A stretch of DNA of 58,741 nt from an uncultured Methanosarcinales archaeon (GTDB taxonomy: Archaea > Nanobdellota > Nanobdellia > Woesearchaeales > DSVV01): the NCBI GenBank assembly GCA_964593285.1, contig CAZQHZ010000008.1, forward strand, positions 1-58,741, written 5' to 3'. The stretch's first letter is position 1. Every line of letters begins with the position of its first letter. The translations under genes and the position numbers were made by a program. Under the pieces are notes generated by a model that worked only from the letters and a program-made list of their open reading frames with translations, was not told the DNA's origin and did not search any database. Positions 50,562 to 58,741 of this stretch are shown here, one piece after another.

Positions 50562-51143
50562 ATGGCAATAATGGAAATTGCAAGACTTGAAGTTAAATCA
50601 ACTACTACATTTAGCTTTCCAGACGTTTATACTGCATTACATGATTTTATGTATGAAAATGGTTTTTGTAATGATGCTGATGCAGGCTTTCCTGAAAAAT
50701 TTTATAGTGAATCTAGAACCCAAACAAAAGGAAAAGAAATATGGGTATGGTGGAGATTTAAAAAACCATATTCTGGAACTGGTGGTAGCAGTTTTGTTAA
50801 TGTTTTAATAGATATAGATTTTCATGGTATTGGAATTCGTGATTTAGAAATTATGTATAATGATAAAAAAATTGGCGTAAATAAAGGAAAAATTGAAATT
50901 GTCATTAGAGGTAGATTTGAAATAGACCCAAATGATAAATTAAAAAAATCATTTATCGGATCATTCATGGATTCATTTATTAACAAATATTGGAGAAAAG
51001 AATTATTAGATTACAGACAAGATGTTGTAAATGATTTAAATAAAATAAGAAACTATGCAGCACAACTATTAGATAAACAAACAACAGATTTTCTCGCAAA
51101 ACCATTTCATCCAACCCTTGGATATAAAAGAGAAGATTTTTAA
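50562..51143 (+). CDS. conserved hypothetical protein (third member of paralog family)
   Basis: F.FPDVYTALHDFMYENGF..E..KEIWVWW...NKGKIEIVIRG; similar to the genes at 16852-17831. Confidence 0.75.
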   Translation: MAIMEIARLEVKSTTTFSFPDVYTALHDFMYENGFCNDADAGFPEKFYSESRTQTKGKEIWVWWRFKKPYSGTGGSSFVNVLIDIDFHGIGIRDLEIMYNDKKIGVNKGKIEIVIRGRFEIDPNDKLKKSFIGSFMDSFINKYWRKELLDYRQDVVNDLNKIRNYAAQLLDKQTTDFLAKPFHPTLGYKREDF

Positions 51144-51145
51144 AA

Positions 51146-52033
51146 ATGAATAAAAATATGGAATTAATAAAAAATAAAATAAAAATAAACAACAAATTTT
51201 TAATTTTTTTAATATTTTTATTTATAATTTTTCAAACTTTATTTTACTTAGATAATCAAAATCATATAACTATAGAAGATAATGCACTAAATATTATACA
51301 AATTATTTTTTTTAGTTTAATTAGTATATTAATAGTAAATATTATTTTAAAATTTACTGTTAAAAGAGTATTTTTTTTATTTGAAAAAGAACTTGAAATA
51401 GAACAAAGATTATTTTTAACAAAATTATATAGCTTCACTTTATACACAATTGCAATAACATTTATAATTTCTCAAATTGGTTTTACTCTAACAGATATTA
51501 CTATGTTTTTTAGTTTTATTGGAATTGGTATCGCATTTGCTATACGAGACATTATTTTATCTTTTTTTGCATGGTTAATTATTCTATCAAAAAAACCATT
51601 CAGAATAAATGATTATATTAAAATTGGTGATGATTATGGAATTGTTGATAGAATTGGAACTTTTTTTATCACATTAAAAACAAATTATACAGATAATGTA
51701 ATAAAAATACCAAATAAAACAATACTTGACAAAAATTTTAATAAGTTTAATAAAAATAAAACTCCAGATAGTATCAAAATAACACTATCGAAAATACCAA
51801 AAGACTTTAAAAAACGAAAAGAAACATTAACAAATGAAATCAAAAAAATATTAAATAATAGCGAAAATATTTCTATAGCAATAGAAATCAGGGGAGATAG
51901 TATTAATGTAAATAATATTAATTTAATTTTAAATTATTATACTTCTTTTGAAAAAATTTATGAAGTTAAAAATGAAATTTACACCAAATTCTATGAATTA
52001 AATAAAGATATAATTTTAATTAAAAAAAATTAA
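51146..52033 (+). CDS. mscS: MscS family mechanosensitive channel
   Basis: GIAFAIRDII..F, KPFRINDYIKIGD..GIV, IPNK. Confidence 0.88.
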   Translation: MNKNMELIKNKIKINNKFLIFLIFLFIIFQTLFYLDNQNHITIEDNALNIIQIIFFSLISILIVNIILKFTVKRVFFLFEKELEIEQRLFLTKLYSFTLYTIAITFIISQIGFTLTDITMFFSFIGIGIAFAIRDIILSFFAWLIILSKKPFRINDYIKIGDDYGIVDRIGTFFITLKTNYTDNVIKIPNKTILDKNFNKFNKNKTPDSIKITLSKIPKDFKKRKETLTNEIKKILNNSENISIAIEIRGDSINVNNINLILNYYTSFEKIYEVKNEIYTKFYELNKDIILIKKN

Positions 52034-52088
52034 AAATTTATTAATCCAAATAAAAAAAAATATATATAAGTTAAATTATTTTAAAAAT

Positions 52089-52436
52089 ATGAATCAAAAA
52101 ATTAATTTAATTATCTTTCTTGTATTTTTTTTTGGACTCTTTTTTACATTAGGTTTGCCAATGCTTAAAAATACAAAAGAAAATATTTCTGACTCAAAAA
52201 TTACAGCACATATAACAAAAAACAATTCAAATAATACAACAACAAACACTAAAACAATAGATTTAAGTGAAGATCCTATGTGTTTTGATGAAGTTTTAAA
52301 TGAAGTAAAACTTGAATGTTTAACTTTTGCAGGATGCCAACATGTTTGTAAAACAAAAGGATGTCTAAGTTACAATTTAGTATATAATGGAACAGATTTT
52401 AATGATAGAGTTTGTAAATGTAAATGCAAAATTTAA
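52089..52436 (+). CDS. membrane-anchored Cys-rich small protein
   Basis: N-terminal TM, Asn/Thr linker, eight Cys ending CKCKC. Confidence 0.7.
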   Translation: MNQKINLIIFLVFFFGLFFTLGLPMLKNTKENISDSKITAHITKNNSNNTTTNTKTIDLSEDPMCFDEVLNEVKLECLTFAGCQHVCKTKGCLSYNLVYNGTDFNDRVCKCKCKI

Positions 52437-52462
52437 ATAATAATAATAATAATAATAATAAT
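52436..52462. repeat. (AAT)n microsatellite
   Basis: about nine units between convergent genes. Confidence 0.75.
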
Positions 52463-52478
52463 GGTGATAATAATATAA

Positions 52479-55373
52479 TTATAATTTTTCCATTTTATTC
52501 AATAAATATGAAAATAATTCTTTACTCATTTGTTTTTCAAATTCTTTTTCTTTTAAAAAAAATAACTTTAAAACATCAGTTCTCAAATTTTTTTTACCAT
52601 CTATAAAATTAATTAATTCATCTTTTACATATAAAGGAATAAAATCTAATTTTGAGATTTCAATTTTAAAATTTTCAATAATTAATAATTTATCATCAAT
52701 TTCTTTTAATTCTTCATCTCGCCAATTTTTATAATAATCAAAATCATCCATAGTAGAAATAAATTCCTTTTTATCATCTGTTGATTTATTTTTATCTAAA
52801 GAAATTTTTGCTATAACTAAATTATGCATTTTTTTTAAAAAATCCATTTTATCTTCAATTTTAACAATTTCCATAATGCCTAAAAGAACTATATTAAATG
52901 AAAATGGACTTGGAATTTTGGTTTCAATTTCCTTAATTGTAATTTTATTTTCAAAAATAGATTTTAATATAAAATAAGCATTCTTAATATCCATTTGATC
53001 TTCTAAAACCTCTCTTCTAGCCTCTTTTAAAATAGAAAAATCATTTGAAATTCTTTTAACTGAATTAATTAATATAGATGAATTAATTTGTTGCTTGCCA
53101 ACTGTTTTTTTATTACCCTTATAATTTTTTAAAATCATCAAAGAACGAGATGCACAATGTCTAAACCTTCTTTTTAATATTTCTGAGTTATCAATTGCAT
53201 TGTCCATAATTTTTCTTAAATTATCAGGATTTATTATCGATAGTACTTTATTTATATTAATTGATTTGTTTATACCAATATAAAATCCATTATCATTAAT
53301 TGCGATTTCTAAATCTCTTTTTTCTAACTTAGTTATACTATAAGCAATAACTCTTGATAAAACATCATTAACCCTTCGTCCAAAAAGACAATGAAAAATA
53401 ATTTTCCTATTTTGATTAAAATCCATATAATTTTCAATTAAAATCTTTTTATCATTTGGAATATGATTTACATAATTAAATTGCTCATAAAAATATAAAT
53501 AAATTGCATTTGCTGAATTATTATCTAAATACAAATACTTTTTAATAAAATCTAAAATTTCATTTTTTGATTTATTCAAAATAAATTTTTCTTCAATATT
53601 TCTTCTAAATTTTCCAATTTCAATTGCTAAATCAAAACTCAATGGAAGCATTTCTGAAATCCATGAAGGAACTGTTGGTGGTCTGTCAACTGTTGTTGAA
53701 ACAAAAGCACTCATACCCCTTGAATATTTAAATAAATATCTATTTCCACCTAAGATAAAAACATCACCAGGTCTTAATCTTTCAAGAAAAGCTTCATCTA
53801 TAATACCAACAATCTGGCTACCTAATTTAACACTAACACCGCTTTGATCAGGAATTGTACCTATATTAGTCATATAAATGACTCTTGCCATCTTTCCACG
53901 TTTTCCGATAAATCCATCCTTTCTCCAGATTTTTGCATAAACATATCTATCTTCCAATGATACATATTCACCAGATAAATAATCTAATAAATCATTAAAA
54001 TCACTTAAAAGTAAATCTTTATAACAATAACTTTTTTTAATTAAATTAAATAATTCTCGCTCATTCCAAACTTGATCAATAGCCATTCCAAAAATTTGTT
54101 GAGCTAAAACATCAAGTGCATTTTTTGGAATTTGTATTTTATCAATTTTTCTCTCTATTGCCGATTTTAATAAAATTGCACACTCAATTAAATCATCTCT
54201 ATCAAAAACAATTATTCTACCCTTTGTGATACTATCTAATTTGTGTCCACTTCTGCCAATTCTTTGAAGTGCTCGTGCAACAGATTTTGGCGAACCAATC
54301 GAAATTACTAAATCAATAAATCCAATATCTATCCCAAGCTCAAGACTTGTTGAACAAACAACAACTTTCATTTTACCAAGCTTTAAATTATTTTCAAGAA
54401 GTGTTCTATGTTCTTTTGATAAACTACCATGATGTGCACCAATGTTTTCCTGATAAAATTTAGGAAATTTTTCTTTTAAAAAGTCAACAACTCTTTCAGT
54501 TCCAGATCTAGTATTTGTAAAAATTAAAGTAGTTTTATGTTTTTGTATCAATTTATGTAATTTTGAATATAATTTTTCATGTATTTCTTCACTTGAAACA
54601 TTTATTAAATCAGGCATTGGTGATATTACTTTTAAATCCATTTTTTTAATAAAATCTACATTTACCATAATACAAGAATTATTAACACCAACCAAAAAAT
54701 TTGCAATTTCATGTATTGGAGCAATTGTTGCAGAAAGACCAATTCTAGTTATATGACTACTCAAATAAGCTAATCTTTCCATACTCAAACTTAAATGAAC
54801 TCCACGTTTATTATCAGCAAGTGCATGTATTTCATCAGCAATAAACCAATCAACACCAATTAAATGTTCACGAAATTTAATAGACGATAAAATTATACCT
54901 AAACTTTCAGGCGTTGTAATTAAAATATGAGGTGGATTTTTTAACATATCTGCTTTTTCTTTAACACTAGTATCTCCTGTTCTAACACCAACTCTTATAT
55001 TTAATTTTTTACCATAAACTTTTTCAATTTCATCTAATGGTTCAACTAAATTTTTTTGAATATCATTATTTAAAGCTTTTAATGGTGATACATAAACACA
55101 ATAAACTTTATTTTCTAAAATTCCTTTAATTGAAGAATCAACTAACTCATTTATTATTGCTAAAAATGCAGTTAAAGTTTTTGTTGCACCAGTTGGTGCA
55201 CTAATTAAAATATTTTTTCTTGAATGTATTTCTAAAACCGAAAATAATTGAGGTAATGAAAATTCACTAAATTTACTAAAAAACCATTTTTTAACAATTG
55301 GATTTAATATATTTAATAAATCTTTTTTTGAATTTGGTTTTTTTTTCTCAAAAATTAATCCAAAATTTTCCAT
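52479..55373 (-). CDS. lhr: Lhr-like SF2 helicase
   Basis: YVSPLKALNNDI, RTGDT, ITTPESL, DEIHAL, GLSAT, HHGSLS, TSLELGIDIG, QRIGRSGH. Confidence 0.94.
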   Translation of the reverse strand: MENFGLIFEKKKPNSKKDLLNILNPIVKKWFFSKFSEFSLPQLFSVLEIHSRKNILISAPTGATKTLTAFLAIINELVDSSIKGILENKVYCVYVSPLKALNNDIQKNLVEPLDEIEKVYGKKLNIRVGVRTGDTSVKEKADMLKNPPHILITTPESLGIILSSIKFREHLIGVDWFIADEIHALADNKRGVHLSLSMERLAYLSSHITRIGLSATIAPIHEIANFLVGVNNSCIMVNVDFIKKMDLKVISPMPDLINVSSEEIHEKLYSKLHKLIQKHKTTLIFTNTRSGTERVVDFLKEKFPKFYQENIGAHHGSLSKEHRTLLENNLKLGKMKVVVCSTSLELGIDIGFIDLVISIGSPKSVARALQRIGRSGHKLDSITKGRIIVFDRDDLIECAILLKSAIERKIDKIQIPKNALDVLAQQIFGMAIDQVWNERELFNLIKKSYCYKDLLLSDFNDLLDYLSGEYVSLEDRYVYAKIWRKDGFIGKRGKMARVIYMTNIGTIPDQSGVSVKLGSQIVGIIDEAFLERLRPGDVFILGGNRYLFKYSRGMSAFVSTTVDRPPTVPSWISEMLPLSFDLAIEIGKFRRNIEEKFILNKSKNEILDFIKKYLYLDNNSANAIYLYFYEQFNYVNHIPNDKKILIENYMDFNQNRKIIFHCLFGRRVNDVLSRVIAYSITKLEKRDLEIAINDNGFYIGINKSININKVLSIINPDNLRKIMDNAIDNSEILKRRFRHCASRSLMILKNYKGNKKTVGKQQINSSILINSVKRISNDFSILKEARREVLEDQMDIKNAYFILKSIFENKITIKEIETKIPSPFSFNIVLLGIMEIVKIEDKMDFLKKMHNLVIAKISLDKNKSTDDKKEFISTMDDFDYYKNWRDEELKEIDDKLLIIENFKIEISKLDFIPLYVKDELINFIDGKKNLRTDVLKLFFLKEKEFEKQMSKELFSYLLNKMEKL

Positions 55374-55417
55374 AAAAAACTAAAAACAAAAGAGTATTTT
55401 TAAATTATTTGAAAAAC

Positions 55418-56362
<945 letters not shown>

Positions 56363-56395
56363 TTAAATCATATAATAAAATTAAAAATAAAAAAA

Positions 56396-57268
56396 TTAAA
56401 CTGGAATTTGACAATTTGTAGCTTTAGCTAAATCATCAATTGTTCTTTGTCCTTCATAAAGTTCACCATCTAATTGAATTTCAGGAACGCCTCGTCCAAG
56501 CATTTCATCCATACACTTTTGTTGATTTTGTGTACATTCAACATAAACTGGTTTTACTGCATCAGTGCCACCTAAAAGTTCAACTAATTGACTACAATAT
56601 GGACATGTACTTGAACCATAAATTACAATTCCATTTTCAGCTAGACATTGATTAAACTCATATAATCCTTCTAAATTTACTTCAGAAGCAGATTCATCAC
56701 TAATAACATCTTGCTCTTGACTTTCAAAAGATCCTTCTGATTTTAATTTTTCAGCTTCACTACAAATTTCTTCTGAATTTGTAAATTTACATAATTCAGA
56801 TGCAAAAAGAAATTCTTCTTGAATCCCGCTTAAAACACTCATTTTATCATCAAGTAAAACAAAGTATCCTGGAATATCTATCTCATCAATTGGATAATTT
56901 ATAATTCTAAATGATAAACCAGATTTATTTGCAAAATCTTTTGCGATTGGAAGCATTTCATCACAATTTACAGTACACATTTTAGATTTTAAGAAAAATA
57001 AAGTATCTTCATTTGAATCATCAATTTTTTCAACAACCACTTCATCATTAATATTTAAATATCCATAAATAAAAACAATTCCTAAAAATGAAATAAAAAC
57101 CAAAAAACCTATTAATAAGCCTATTAGTAATAATGGCTTATTAGAACATTTAGAATGGATATTTTTAGTATCACTAACTTGATTATGAGTATTATGTCTT
57201 TCTCTTTTTTTTGTACTTTTAATAGAATTTTTAGTACTGCTTTTTTTTACCTTTTTTTTCATTAACAA
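56396..57268 (-). CDS. membrane-anchored thioredoxin-fold protein
   Basis: TM helix; C-terminal YGSSTCPYC..YVEC..C...GVP; additional CTVNC. Confidence 0.75.
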   Translation of the reverse strand: MLMKKKVKKSSTKNSIKSTKKRERHNTHNQVSDTKNIHSKCSNKPLLLIGLLIGFLVFISFLGIVFIYGYLNINDEVVVEKIDDSNEDTLFFLKSKMCTVNCDEMLPIAKDFANKSGLSFRIINYPIDEIDIPGYFVLLDDKMSVLSGIQEEFLFASELCKFTNSEEICSEAEKLKSEGSFESQEQDVISDESASEVNLEGLYEFNQCLAENGIVIYGSSTCPYCSQLVELLGGTDAVKPVYVECTQNQQKCMDEMLGRGVPEIQLDGELYEGQRTIDDLAKATNCQIPV

Positions 57269-57295
57269 AACACCTCTTTTTAAAAAATAAAATTA

Positions 57296-57649
57296 TTATC
57301 TTTGTTCTTTATTTTCATTTAAATAAATTATTGTTGCCGCAATATCATGATTATTAGCTTCAAGTGCTTCAAGAGCAATTTCACGAGAAACATTAGTTTG
57401 ATCAATTATTGTTTGTATATCTTCTTCATTAATTTCTGGTGCCATATCTATCTCTCGTTCAACAAAATCACCACTAACTTGAAAAACTTCCTGACCCATC
57501 ATATTAACTTTTGCAACTTGTGCAGGAGATACAATTATTTCTTTATCATGACACTTTATTATTACTTCTATTGCATCTATATCTTCCTGAGACATATTCA
57601 TACGCTTCATCGCTTGCTTCATCATTCTTGGATTCATTCCTGGAATCAT
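57296..57649 (-). CDS. nac: nascent polypeptide-associated complex protein
   Basis: MIPGMNPRMMKQAMKRM, NMMGQEVFQVSG, UBA-like EEDIQTI..DIAATI. Confidence 0.95.
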   Translation of the reverse strand: MIPGMNPRMMKQAMKRMNMSQEDIDAIEVIIKCHDKEIIVSPAQVAKVNMMGQEVFQVSGDFVEREIDMAPEINEEDIQTIIDQTNVSREIALEALEANNHDIAATIIYLNENKEQR

Positions 57650-57651
57650 TT

Positions 57652-57828
57652 TTAACCACCAAACCAAACATTACCATAAATATTTAAAAAACTAACAACA
57701 AAAATAACCAATATTATTAAAATTATAACATGCATTGGCTTTAATTGTATATTAGATTTATATTCATCAAAATATCTAGTAAGTCCTGCCCCACTATTGG
57801 GCATTGAGATTTTATTATTTCTTGCCAT
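57652..57828 (-). CDS. secG: preprotein translocase subunit Sec61beta, not in ORF track
   Basis: MARNNKISMPNSGAGLTRYFDEYKSNIQLKPMHVI followed by a TM helix. Confidence 0.92.
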   Translation of the reverse strand: MARNNKISMPNSGAGLTRYFDEYKSNIQLKPMHVIILIILVIFVVSFLNIYGNVWFGG

Positions 57829-57896
57829 TTTTATATAAGATAAATAATTTTATTTAAAAATTTATTGATATTTTTTAATAATCAATACAATTTATT

Positions 57897-58463
57897 TTAA
57901 TAATCAAGATCAATATTAAAATGATTTGTTTTTTGAACTTTTTCATTATGCTTTATTGATTTTTCTTCATTAAAACAATCATCTTGATTTTCATTATTTT
58001 TTAAATTTAAATCATTAATTTCACTATTAAAATTTTGATTAAAATTATTAAATAATTTATTTTCAACATTTTCTAGTTGGTTTTTAAAATTATTTTGGTT
58101 CATTGATAAATTATTTGTTTTTTCTTTAGAATTTAAATTGTTAGTTAAATTTTCATTAAAATTCTTTTTCAAACAATTATCATTCATAAAAGAGACAATG
58201 CTAGTATCATTTTCTATTTCTAATGCTAAATTATTATTTTGATTAAAATTATTAGCTAAATTAGAATTAATTAAATTATCATAATTTAGAGAATGTCGTT
58301 TAAAAGTTTCTTCAACATCTCGTAATAAAAATAATTTTGTTGCATTACTAACATCTAATAAAAATATTTTTTGTATCGATAATTTTATCGAATTTTTAAA
58401 TTCATCACTTGCATTATATTTTGTAAGCATTTGATTAAAAAAATTTTTCTCATCTAAACTCAA
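57897..58463 (-). CDS. Asn-rich hypothetical protein
   Basis: 188 aa; TTG start with RBS-like GGTGGG; low complexity. Confidence 0.55.
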   Translation of the reverse strand: MSLDEKNFFNQMLTKYNASDEFKNSIKLSIQKIFLLDVSNATKLFLLRDVEETFKRHSLNYDNLINSNLANNFNQNNNLALEIENDTSIVSFMNDNCLKKNFNENLTNNLNSKEKTNNLSMNQNNFKNQLENVENKLFNNFNQNFNSEINDLNLKNNENQDDCFNEEKSIKHNEKVQKTNHFNIDLDY

Positions 58464-58632
58464 TTTATCCCACCTTTTAATACAAAAATATAAATCATAT
58501 AAAAATATTTCTTTTATTTTCTTTTTTTATTGGCTTGTATTGAAAATTTATTAACAAAAATATTTTAATTTTAAAATAATTAGAAATATTTATAAATTAT
58601 TTATAAATCTTAAGTATTAAAAAATAGTTTTT

Positions 58633-58704
58633 GCCTCCGTGGCTTAGAGGTATAGCGCGGCCTTGGTAAGGCCGAGGTCACGGGTTCAATTCCCGTCGGA
58701 GGCT
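58633..58704 (+). tRNA. tRNA-Thr(GGT)
   Basis: acceptor GCCTCCG/CGGAGGC, anticodon arm CGGCC-TTGGTAA-GGCCG, T-loop GGTTCAATTCC; no intron, no encoded CCA; T-run follows. Confidence 0.97.
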
Positions 58705-58741
58705 TTTTTATTTAATATTATAATAAAAATTAATTTCTAAA

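Overview
Very AT-rich archaeal MAG segment with three N-gaps, most consistent with a DPANN archaeon (Woesearchaeota/Nanoarchaeota-like). The taxonomy is inferred from TFE, archaeal NAC, Sec61beta, ABCE1, Hef, Lhr, type II MetAP and archaellins, alongside bacterial-type AspRS, Adk and M18 peptidase. Housekeeping genes (map, hisS, prs, rli, hef, cmk, tfe, aspS, adk, glyS, lhr, nac, tRNA-Thr) are mixed with dispersed archaellum genes (three archaellins, an ArlC/FlaC-domain fusion, MinD). The most notable structure is an accessory island at about 34.8-40.4 kb. It holds a two-methyltransferase restriction-modification operon with a broken RHH regulator, bracketed by inversely oriented 11-6-11 dif-like (Xer-type) sites and by nested inverted repeats with modular triloop hairpins. 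This suggests a recombinase-mobilised cassette, although no recombinase gene lies in the window. Other signals: a perfect 17-bp inverted repeat enclosing an archaellin gene and covering its RBS, two homologous copies of a fold-back non-coding element, a Hel308 lacking its first RecA domain, and several small genes absent from the ORF track (histone-fold, Sec61beta, RHH). All calls come from manual reading without database searches.
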